Virus record (IMG/VR): IMGVR_UViG_2791355224_000001
Location: 20,216-84,215 of that record
DNA length: 64,000 nt
Strand: one strand, 5' to 3'
From: a virus
Taxonomy: Duplodnaviria > Caudoviricetes
Position numbers and translations under genes: made by a program. This document shows, piece after piece, positions 56,302 through 64,000 of this stretch; positions within the stretch are counted from its first letter, which is position 1; each line of letters starts with the position of its first letter. The notes beneath the pieces are model-generated. The model saw only the letters and a list, made by a program, of their open reading frames with translations, was not told the DNA's origin and made no database searches.

Positions 56302-57708
56302 ATGGCACAAAAACCAATGTACCCGGCAGCGGTAAACAGTAAACAGACGGAGCTATCCGCGCCGATAGACGCAACACAGACGACTATACCCGTATTGGAT
56401 ATCTCGGTCCTTCCGGCAGCTCCTAACTTGCTCACGGTCGGTACGGACGAAACGGCGGAGACGATCCTTTATACAGGAATTAGCGGCAGTAATCTAACGG
56501 GGGTAACGCGGGGTTTTCAAGGGACAGCGAAGGCGTGGACGCAGGGAACCAAGCTGGCGAGATATTTTACGGCGTACGATCACGATACAGTACGGGATAA
56601 TCTTGCGGATTTGGATACTCGAGTAATGGCGGCACAAACGAAGGCTGATGGCGCAGAGACTCCAACGGGCGCGCAGGCTAAGGCAGACGCAGCCAAGACA
56701 GCGGCAATAACCGCAGCGGCCACAGATGCAACCACAAAGGCAAATACTGCGGAATCAAACGCTAAAGCATACAGTGATACCCAAGCAGCAATTGGTAATA
56801 TCCTGCCGAATTCCACAGGGCAACTGGGTCTTAGCGGTTGGATTCCTAACGTAGCTGGGAAATTCAGCGTAGCTAATAAGGGCACCAACTCGCCCTCCTT
56901 TTTTATTCACGGGCAACCTACGACTATAGCCGAATACGCTCAAAGTGACCCTATAGTTGTAGAGTCGGGTGTACAATATAGCATTTCAGCGGACTTTTTT
57001 ACTTTTGGGGCTACAGGCGGAGAAATCTTCCTACAGGTGGCAGACAACCCAGTAACGACCACTTTAGCCAAAGTTACTGCGCAAGCAAATTCGGGCTGGC
57101 ATAGTAAGAGCGCCACATTCACAGTGCCTTCAGGGGTAAGTTCTATTGTTGTAAGGATGTATGTATCCGCTGGCCTCCCTGCCGTGGCTAAGTGTTTCAA
57201 CCGAATCATGCTTAATATGGGGGCAACGCCAGCGCCGTGGAATGACGTAGCTAGTAATGCATTGCTTTTTACAAATGTCAGTAATGGGAAAACTGCGATC
57301 GCTTCCGCTATTACTGGCAAAGAGGTACCTGCTTCAGGGAGCGATACATTTGCACAGTTGGCGACAAAGATCGGGCAAATAAGTGCTGGTAAAAAGTCGG
57401 CATCAGGCTCAACTAATTCGGGTACCGTTAATAGAGGTTCCATAGATTTAGGGTCAACAAATTATGGTTCAAGTTATGACTTAACAGTGTCAGGTTTAAG
57501 TTTCACGCCGTCCACAGTACTTGCGGTTCGAGCTGATGGAGATCGTACTCAATTCACATATAGATTTTTAAGTTCCAGAGGCACCTTGTCCGAGGGCATC
57601 CGAGTCGGAGGCAATGCGGGGCAGTCTCAAGCCGATATAAGAAGTGGGGGGTTTACTCTACGTGTTCTAGGAATAAACGTTCCATACGAATGGATGGCAA
57701 TAGAATAG
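56302..57708 (+). CDS. Tail fibre / receptor-binding protein with CBM4_9-like module
   Basis: AETPTGAQAKAD helical linker, NILPNS beta-sandwich, GKTAIASAITGK. Confidence 0.75.
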   Translation: MAQKPMYPAAVNSKQTELSAPIDATQTTIPVLDISVLPAAPNLLTVGTDETAETILYTGISGSNLTGVTRGFQGTAKAWTQGTKLARYFTAYDHDTVRDNLADLDTRVMAAQTKADGAETPTGAQAKADAAKTAAITAAATDATTKANTAESNAKAYSDTQAAIGNILPNSTGQLGLSGWIPNVAGKFSVANKGTNSPSFFIHGQPTTIAEYAQSDPIVVESGVQYSISADFFTFGATGGEIFLQVADNPVTTTLAKVTAQANSGWHSKSATFTVPSGVSSIVVRMYVSAGLPAVAKCFNRIMLNMGATPAPWNDVASNALLFTNVSNGKTAIASAITGKEVPASGSDTFAQLATKIGQISAGKKSASGSTNSGTVNRGSIDLGSTNYGSSYDLTVSGLSFTPSTVLAVRADGDRTQFTYRFLSSRGTLSEGIRVGGNAGQSQADIRSGGFTLRVLGINVPYEWMAIE

Positions 57709-57719
57709 GAGGGGATTTT

Positions 57720-58013
57720 GTGCAAATAGGTAACCGAATATTTTACGACCAAAAGGGCGAAATCATCTATCAAACTGGCGAGATGCAAGGGGATGTGTTG
57801 CCAAGAAAAGAAATCACAGAATTGAACTATGTTGATCTTGAATATGGTGCTATCGACTTGACCAAGCAACGTATTGTAAGCATCGACCCAGTAACAAAAC
57901 GCCCAGTGTTAGAAGCTATTGAAACACCACCCACGCCAGAACAGCAGCAGATTAAAAATTTAGAAGACCAGCTATTGATCTTAGCAGACCAATCTACGGG
58001 AGGGATTTTGTAA
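57720..58013 (+). CDS. Tail fibre assembly/chaperone-like protein
   Basis: IGNRIFYD...GEII..TGE; short C-terminal coil. Confidence 0.65.
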   Translation: MQIGNRIFYDQKGEIIYQTGEMQGDVLPRKEITELNYVDLEYGAIDLTKQRIVSIDPVTKRPVLEAIETPPTPEQQQIKNLEDQLLILADQSTGGIL

Positions 58014-58171
58014 TGGTAAACCAAGTAGTTGTACGTATTGCGGCTGAACGGATTATGACAGGCGGACTCAATCCTAAGACAAGCAAGGTGTATGTGCTGG
58101 ACGATATTACAAATCAAGACTATCGCCAAGCTGTAGAGGACTATATCCTGGAACACACTGAGGGCATTTAA
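58013..58171 (+). CDS. 52-aa XkdX/CD1375-like small protein
   Basis: MVNQVVVRIAAERI...LDDITNQDYRQAVEDYIL; TAATG overlap. Confidence 0.65.
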   Translation: MVNQVVVRIAAERIMTGGLNPKTSKVYVLDDITNQDYRQAVEDYILEHTEGI

Positions 58172-58189
58172 GAACGGGGAGGTTAGCGT

Positions 58190-58714
58190 ATGTTTAACCG
58201 TGCATCTCCATTTAACCGCCTAACCTATAATCGACCGCTTACTGTATTTGTCTACGGCAGTGCAACGCTCCACGGATCAGGCGGCATGACCGCAGCGGCC
58301 AACGTGGACATGACCGGATCAGCCCGGTTAGAAGGCGAAGGGTCTCTGTCGGCGGATTTTGTACGCGAAATAGTCTTTGCTGCCCGTATGGACGCGGAGT
58401 CCAGTATGAGCGTGTCTTTTATTCGGGAACGAATGCAAAGCGCTGTATTACACGGTATAGGGACGCTTAAGGCTAACGGCAGCCGGTACCATGTGGATGA
58501 GATTACGTTTACCGGACCGTTCAAGCCGGGGGATAAGATCGTTATAGACTCCGGTAAAATGACGATCACACAAAACGGCGTAAATGCGTTATCACTTTTG
58601 GCGGGCGACTTCTTCGATCTCAACCTCGGCAATAACGAACTCACGTACACGGACCCGGAAACCGGACGCGACATTCTTATCCGGATTTCCTACCGCGATA
58701 AATACTTATACTAA
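58190..58714 (+). CDS. Protein carrying a Dit C-terminal-like domain
   Basis: GDKIVIDS..TITQNGVN...GDFFDLNLGNNELTY...YRDKYL. Confidence 0.7.
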   Translation: MFNRASPFNRLTYNRPLTVFVYGSATLHGSGGMTAAANVDMTGSARLEGEGSLSADFVREIVFAARMDAESSMSVSFIRERMQSAVLHGIGTLKANGSRYHVDEITFTGPFKPGDKIVIDSGKMTITQNGVNALSLLAGDFFDLNLGNNELTYTDPETGRDILIRISYRDKYLY

Positions 58715-58732
58715 CGGAGAGGAGGCCGCAGA

Positions 58733-60856
58733 TTGAAGTATTTACAATCGTACGACAGGTACCGCAAACGCATCGGCATCCTAACGCAAGCTTACGACAT
58801 CCAGCGGACGCGCCGGATTAACGCGGACTATTCGCTTACTTTCTCGGTCCCGATGACGTCCGCTGACTTTCGTGAAAAGCTGCCGTTAAAGGGCCATGTG
58901 ATGGACGAGCGCGGCCAATACTACGTCATCAACTCACGCCAACGAACGCGCGACGGGCGGAAGCTAATCGCACAAATCACTTGTACTCACGTTATGTTCA
59001 AACTAACGGATTATAAATTCCCGTACGCATCGTACATGGCTGAGGGCTACGGGATTCACATATCGCAACTAACAGCGCTCATCCAGACGGCAACGGGTGG
59101 GCGCTTTACAATTTCCGTAGATGATACGTTCGATCTCGTTGACGTTAAGGACTTCGGACGGGGCAACTGCCTGCAGGCGCTAAACGACGTTGTGGCGATG
59201 TATGGCGCGGAGGTCGAGGCGGACAACTTTACGATTCATCTGCGCAAGAAGATCGGAAACCCAGCGTCCGACTTACAGTACCGGATCGGTAAAAATATCG
59301 TATCGACTTCGTTTTCGGACGATGGCGGCTCGTTATGCACACGCCTATTTGCGCAGATGAAGGACGGCCGTACATGGATCGGACAGCCTGCGTCGATATT
59401 GAACGCAGAGGAACAGGCGCGACTCTCTGCGATACCCGGCGCTATTGTTAACGGGAAACTGGCGGTTAATTACCTCGTGTCTCAATACGCAGAGACCTGG
59501 ACGAGCGACAGTGTCCCGTTCTATGACGACGAGTTAATCGCGCAGGATATTACGGACCCGGCAAAGCTTGTTGTCGCGGCCCGGAAGGCGTTGGCTGAGC
59601 GGGAAATCCCTGCGCTTGAAGTATCCGTTAACGCTGCGGACTTGTTTAAGATCGACGGAACGGAGCCGAAGCCGGGCCTCGGCGATACCGTAACGCTCGT
59701 TGACCCGGAACTCGGCTTAACGAACATTAGCGCGCGAATTACCGAGCTCACGGAATACCCGTTCGAGACCGATAAGCACTCGCAGGTCACGGTCGCAAAC
59801 ATCATGCGTCGGGATTACGCGCAGATCATTGCGGATCTCGATAAGGCCAAGCGGACATTCACAGACTTGTTGAGCGGTGGCCGGATACGGGCAGAGGCGT
59901 TCGAGGAATACGCCAAACAAGCGGTTATTGACGTCAACAACTCGAAGACTGAGGTTAAGTACGATATTCGCGGAATCCTCCTGCAGGACAAGACGGACGC
60001 GCGGAATCAAGTCGTGCTCACATCGAATGGAATTACGCTATCTACGGACGGAGGGGCCACCGCAAGGACTGCGATCACGGCTCGCGGAGTAGTAGCGGAA
60101 ACAATCGTCGGCCAGCTCGGTTCCTTTGTGTCGTTGCTGATCGGTAGCGGCAATAACGTCACGCAGATTAATACGAACGGGATTGCGGCCGGCCATGCGA
60201 ACTTTAACAGCGCTCCGTTCCGGGTGGATATGGCGGGCAACTTGACTGCGAACAAGCTAACGGCTAACTCCGCGCAGATCAATACGTCTAATCTGAGCGC
60301 ATCGACGTGGAAGGACGGATATTTTTCCGGAAATATAACGGCGGTCGGCGAAATAACAGGCGGGACGATAACTGGTGCGTTGCTGCGGACGTCTACGAGT
60401 GGGGCCCGAGTGGAAATTGACGCGAGAGGTTGGCGGACTTACGATTCAGGCGGTCGGCAACGCATCTCGATTAACACGAACGATTCATACGGTATGAGCG
60501 CTATTTCCTTCGCGACTTCAAGCGGGGGCGGCTCCGGAACAATTAACGGATCGGACTCCGGGATGCAGCTTTATTCCTACGGGAGTATGTTGATCGCGGC
60601 GCTATCGGGCGGTACCGTTCAGTTTCAGGGTACGGTGGACTTCTCGAATGCGAGTCCGGTCGGGCTTACGATTGATTCGGTGAAAGATTTACGACTGCTA
60701 CTTAGCGGAAAAGTTGACAAAGGGGCGTCCACCCAACCAACAACTGCAGGAGCCCATAACCACGGAATCCGTGACGGCGCGCAGTTTAAAGCAATAGACG
60801 GGACAGTATACACATGGAACGCCTACGACGGCTTCACCCATCAACATTCAATTTAG
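58733..60856 (+). CDS. Tail hub/spike protein (Tal, prophage endopeptidase-tail-like)
   Basis: YRIGKNI, CTRL, LGDTVTLVD..LG...RITE; beta-helical C-terminus. Confidence 0.85.
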   Translation: MKYLQSYDRYRKRIGILTQAYDIQRTRRINADYSLTFSVPMTSADFREKLPLKGHVMDERGQYYVINSRQRTRDGRKLIAQITCTHVMFKLTDYKFPYASYMAEGYGIHISQLTALIQTATGGRFTISVDDTFDLVDVKDFGRGNCLQALNDVVAMYGAEVEADNFTIHLRKKIGNPASDLQYRIGKNIVSTSFSDDGGSLCTRLFAQMKDGRTWIGQPASILNAEEQARLSAIPGAIVNGKLAVNYLVSQYAETWTSDSVPFYDDELIAQDITDPAKLVVAARKALAEREIPALEVSVNAADLFKIDGTEPKPGLGDTVTLVDPELGLTNISARITELTEYPFETDKHSQVTVANIMRRDYAQIIADLDKAKRTFTDLLSGGRIRAEAFEEYAKQAVIDVNNSKTEVKYDIRGILLQDKTDARNQVVLTSNGITLSTDGGATARTAITARGVVAETIVGQLGSFVSLLIGSGNNVTQINTNGIAAGHANFNSAPFRVDMAGNLTANKLTANSAQINTSNLSASTWKDGYFSGNITAVGEITGGTITGALLRTSTSGARVEIDARGWRTYDSGGRQRISINTNDSYGMSAISFATSSGGGSGTINGSDSGMQLYSYGSMLIAALSGGTVQFQGTVDFSNASPVGLTIDSVKDLRLLLSGKVDKGASTQPTTAGAHNHGIRDGAQFKAIDGTVYTWNAYDGFTHQHSI

Positions 60857-60926
60857 CGTAAATCTATTGAAACTTTCTTCCAGTTCAGACGATAATAGAT
60901 ATAACAAGTATAAGGGGGCTGTCTGA

Positions 60927-61487
60927 ATGAAGAAGTTTGTTGCCGGCGTGGTTGTAGGCGCTATGTTATTCGCAGGAACATCCGTATTTGCCGATTCCAT
61001 TAAGGGATTAATAGGAATGAAGGTGGGTGCTACATATGAAGTAATTAAAAATGGGAAGAAGATTGGAGACGCTGCTTTAATTGGAGACAAGGCATATGTA
61101 CCGGTTCGTGCAACCTCAGACGCAGCGGGTATTCCGCTAGTTGTAAAGGGGAAAACAATAACTATGGGTGAGGTTGAAGCTAGTAAAGACAGGGCCTACA
61201 GTCCAGAAGATACCGCAACTTTAGGACAGATTACAACTTTGGAAAACGATATTCGCGGCTATGAAAAAGACCTAGCATACACTGAGGAATCAGAGATTAA
61301 GCCCCTTCAAGAGAGACTAACTGCTCAACAAGCAAAACCTGAAGATACTCAGGCATATAGGGAAGGAATCAAAATTCTACAGGATAAGATTAAGGATCGC
61401 CAAGACTACGCGAGTTCTTTAAAAGCGAAAATTTCAGAGTCAAAGGCGAAGATCGACGCACTCAAAGCGCAATTATCCGCTAAATAA
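60927..61487 (+). CDS. Secreted coiled-coil moron protein
   Basis: Signal peptide, AYVPVRA stalk-like motif, coiled coil; AT-rich. Confidence 0.75.
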   Translation: MKKFVAGVVVGAMLFAGTSVFADSIKGLIGMKVGATYEVIKNGKKIGDAALIGDKAYVPVRATSDAAGIPLVVKGKTITMGEVEASKDRAYSPEDTATLGQITTLENDIRGYEKDLAYTEESEIKPLQERLTAQQAKPEDTQAYREGIKILQDKIKDRQDYASSLKAKISESKAKIDALKAQLSAK

Positions 61488-61557
61488 TCGAATAACTAAA
61501 CGCAGGGCGTGGCCGTAATGGCTGCGCTCTTTTTTATTGTGACGAAAGGGGACACGT

Positions 61558-61779
61558 ATGAAATTACGCCAATTACTCGAATGTACCGTAGACCTGGCGC
61601 ACCCGTCCGCTGAGTTGACCTCAGTTATTAGCGCTGTCCTGTCTGCGATTCCAAGCGTGGAAGAACGCGCCGAGATCCTGCGCCGGATTGACGACGAAAT
61701 CGTGGTCGCGCTGGCTGCACTAGAAGAGGCGGAAGTAACGGAGGAGGAACCGGCCGATGGCGGAAATGGACGTACTTAA
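61558..61779 (+). CDS. Hypothetical protein
   Basis: AAAGGGG SD; before the lysis genes. Confidence 0.65.
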   Translation: MKLRQLLECTVDLAHPSAELTSVISAVLSAIPSVEERAEILRRIDDEIVVALAALEEAEVTEEEPADGGNGRT

Positions 61780-61963
61780 GTACTTTCTAACGCAGGGACC
61801 TTTCGCTATTCTCTTCGTTTGGCTTCTTATTTACGTCATGCGCGCGAATAAAGAACGCGAGGGCCGCCTGCAGGACCTGCTCGATAAATTTTCGGAGAAG
61901 TACGACGTGATTATCGGGGAGCTCCGCGAGATGAAAGACCGATTCCCACACGGAAAGGATTGA
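61757..61963 (+). CDS. BhlA/UviB-family holin-like protein
   Basis: TQGPFAILFVWLLIYV...KERE.RL. Confidence 0.88.
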   Translation: MAEMDVLKYFLTQGPFAILFVWLLIYVMRANKEREGRLQDLLDKFSEKYDVIIGELREMKDRFPHGKD

Positions 61964-61970
61964 CGAAAGA

Positions 61971-62783
61971 ATGCAGAAAAAGGGCAACTTCCTGCTTATG
62001 GACAAGTCGGAGTTCCGCGGATGGCTGGCGGGGCAGAAGATCACGCGAACGATTACGAAGATGCAGGTTCACCACACGGCCTCGCCTAATTACGTGACGC
62101 GACGAATGGTTAACGGAGTCGCACAGCAGGACCATTTCGCGTGTCTCGAAGGAATGCGGAACTATCATCTCAGCGAAGGATGGTCCGGCACCGGCCAGAA
62201 TATCACAACGTTTGAAGACGGTAAGATCGCGATTAGCCTCGACCGTGATCTTAACGCAACGCCGGCCGGCATTAGAGGCGCAAACACCGGCGCACTTTGC
62301 ATCGAGAACGTCGGCAACTTTGATAAGGGCGGCGATACGATGACACCGGCCCAACGCGAGACGATCGTTCACCTTTACGCGTGCTTGTGCGAAAAACTCG
62401 GACTCACTCCAAGCGTCAACACAATCGTTTATCATGCGTGGTATACAGCGGATGGGACCTGGCTCGGTGATTATAGCGCGGGCAAATCGAGCAAAACGTG
62501 TCCCGGTACGAACTTTTGGGGCGCAGGCAATACGAAGGCGGCCGCACAGAGTACGTTTATACCCGCGGTGGCCGCAGAACTTGCGAGATTAAAGAACGGA
62601 GGCAGTGACGTGAAAAAGGACGAGATTGTAGCGGTGAAAGTGAACGGGAAGAAGATCGCGGAGGGCATAGTGGATTGCGGTGTGACGTATATACCGGTCC
62701 GGGCCGTAGCCGAGGCGCTAGGCGCCAACGTAGCCTATGACGCGAAGACGAAGATGGTAACGATTACGAAGGAGGGTGCGTAA
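61971..62783 (+). CDS. Endolysin, N-acetylmuramoyl-L-alanine amidase (Amidase_2) with C-terminal stalk-like domain
   Basis: VHHT, CIENVGNFD, YH, KTCPG; TYIPVRAVAEALGA. Confidence 0.9.
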   Translation: MQKKGNFLLMDKSEFRGWLAGQKITRTITKMQVHHTASPNYVTRRMVNGVAQQDHFACLEGMRNYHLSEGWSGTGQNITTFEDGKIAISLDRDLNATPAGIRGANTGALCIENVGNFDKGGDTMTPAQRETIVHLYACLCEKLGLTPSVNTIVYHAWYTADGTWLGDYSAGKSSKTCPGTNFWGAGNTKAAAQSTFIPAVAAELARLKNGGSDVKKDEIVAVKVNGKKIAEGIVDCGVTYIPVRAVAEALGANVAYDAKTKMVTITKEGA

Positions 62784-62785
62784 TT

Positions 62786-62980
62786 ATGTGGAAGCGGAAA
62801 TTAGCGAGTCGGAAGTTTTGGGCGCTACTGATCGCGTTGGTAACGTCGGTACTGACGGCAACCGGCGCAGGTGAGAACGAAGTCCTGCATATTACCGGGA
62901 TTATCGGCGCGGTCGGCTCGTGCGTTGCGTATATGCTGGCGGAGGGGTTAGCGGACGGAGGCGGAAATAAAGACGAATAA
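62786..62980 (+). CDS. Holin
   Basis: KRKLASRKFW plus two TMs, AEGLAD. Confidence 0.8.
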   Translation: MWKRKLASRKFWALLIALVTSVLTATGAGENEVLHITGIIGAVGSCVAYMLAEGLADGGGNKDE

Positions 62981-62984
62981 AAAT

Positions 62985-63028
62985 AGCGCTCACTTGCGGA
63001 TAGGATTCCGTGGGTGGGCGCTTTTCTT
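62985..63028. terminator. Terminator between lysis operon and convergent gene
   Basis: AGCGCTCACTTGCGGA...TCCGTGGGTGGGCGCT-TTT. Confidence 0.7.
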
Positions 63029-63031
63029 CGT

Positions 63032-63562
63032 TTATATTTGCGCGAGTAGTTCTTTGCGTTTCGCTTCGTATTCTTCGTCCGTGATTAACTGTTTGTTTCG
63101 TAACTCGCTGAGCTTCTCGATCTTTGTAAAGACATCGTCCGAGGGCTGGGTACTTACATGCTGGGCGGATTGTTGCTGGTGGCTTGGAGCTGGCGCAGGG
63201 CTGTTTTGCAATTTATAAATAAGCTGCTCAAGTCTTAAAAAGTGATCGAAGTTGTCGCTTATCATTACTGTATTCTCATCTTGCGCATAATCAAAAGCAG
63301 TGCTGTATCTTTTGGTACGGTCGCCGACCCCGGAGGCAATTATTTGAAAGTGCCCACGAGTTAGAAGGTTTGGCTTCTTTGTTTGGATTGATGAGATACT
63401 TTTAATCGTATAAGTTTTAAATGACTTACGGTCAAGGAGTTTTCCACGTAATAAATAGACTACGCTCTCCGTAACCGCCAGCAGACCGTTAACGCCCTCA
63501 GCCCAGTCAAGTATATCTTTTTTATTAACTCGTTCTATAAGTTTTTGATGGAGTTTAGACAT
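63032..63562 (-). CDS. PH-like (DUF4429-type) protein with C-terminal SHOCT domain
   Basis: ISSIQTKKP...GHFQI; IEKLSELRNKQLITDEEYEAKRKELL. Confidence 0.8.
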   Translation of the reverse strand: MSKLHQKLIERVNKKDILDWAEGVNGLLAVTESVVYLLRGKLLDRKSFKTYTIKSISSIQTKKPNLLTRGHFQIIASGVGDRTKRYSTAFDYAQDENTVMISDNFDHFLRLEQLIYKLQNSPAPAPSHQQQSAQHVSTQPSDDVFTKIEKLSELRNKQLITDEEYEAKRKELLAQI

Positions 63563-63628
63563 ATATGATCCTCCTGAACTATTTATACAACTAATCTACC
63601 AAATATCCCCAAGGAATTCTATATGAAA

Positions 63629-64000
63629 TTAACTCTTCACAAGGAACTGGCCGCTTAGATACTCACGCATCAGCTTCCCGGCCTCCGCAGATAAAAATTC
63701 CCACATCATTCCGCTTTCTCCGGTATACCCGCGACAAATAAATCGCGCCGTTACGTCCTTTGGTCCGCGCTCAACCTCGTACACTTTAATGCCGCGCCGC
63801 CTAAACTGCCGCCGAATCTCCGTTAGATCCTTCGTTACCCGATCGGCCGCTTGCGTAATTATGCCCGTATAAATATCCGGTGATTTGACCGCTGACGCGA
63901 TCAGTTTACTATCGCGTTCAAATACCGTCAGGATCATCGGTAGTAATATGTATCGTTTAACTAGCGTAGTTTCTTCGTCGGTTATGTATCCGGGAGCCAT
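63629..64000 (-). CDS. Hypothetical protein (YhjD-like)
   Basis: YILLPMILTVFERD...RRRGIKVYE; starts at the window edge. Confidence 0.6.
   Translation of the reverse strand: MAPGYITDEETTLVKRYILLPMILTVFERDSKLIASAVKSPDIYTGIITQAADRVTKDLTEIRRQFRRRGIKVYEVERGPKDVTARFICRGYTGESGMMWEFLSAEAGKLMREYLSGQFLVKS

Larger units (their letters stand above)
1..64000. mobile_element. Temperate siphovirus-type prophage (boundaries not visible)
   Basis: Ordered replication, packaging, head, tail and lysis modules plus XRE repressors and morons; no host housekeeping genes recognised; no integrase or att site seen. Confidence 0.95.

Noticed and set aside
10096-60813. Numerous long antisense and alternate-frame ORFs in the ORF track
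   Set aside because: They shadow well-supported + strand genes, lack SDs and motifs, and are expected from this codon usage.
1-64000. CRISPR array, tRNA/rRNA genes, reverse transcriptase/DGR, integrase or att core
   Set aside because: None recognised by eye; no regularly spaced repeats, no YxDD RT ORF, no recombinase motifs. A tRNA scan was not possible.

Overview
Almost the whole window is one temperate long-tailed phage (prophage) of a spore-forming Bacillota host; a Paenibacillus-like host is inferred from the accessory protein types. No integrase or att site is visible. 1-30.4 kb holds early/middle genes: sigma-like factors, XRE repressors, helicase loader, DnaB-type helicase, primase, SSB, family A DNA polymerase, nucleases, dUTPase, dNMP kinase, two DNA methyltransferases and four related SH3/KOW-like mosaic proteins. 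30.5-36.8 kb is an accessory island: discoidin-domain secreted protein, HEPN-motif protein, ATP-dependent ligase, Abi-alpha/DUF4393-like, SOS-boxed YolD operon, Mrr-like nuclease and HicAB. 37-63 kb holds packaging, head, tail and lysis genes. Main observations: (1) a complete group I intron with an HNH endonuclease splits the tape measure gene, and the intron carries an internal 14-bp copy of its own 5' exon over the endonuclease RBS; (2) six genes, including the large terminase, appear to start at AUC/AUA/CUG behind SD sequences; (3) 16 proteins end in Ala-Ala, a ClpXP ssrA-like degron; (4) a 40-bp promoter-like motif recurs three times with identical spacing; (5) structured leaders precede the SSB and scaffold genes; (6) a -1 frameshift site lies in the tail chaperone and the Dit gene appears split. 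All product calls come from motif recognition by eye, not database searches.
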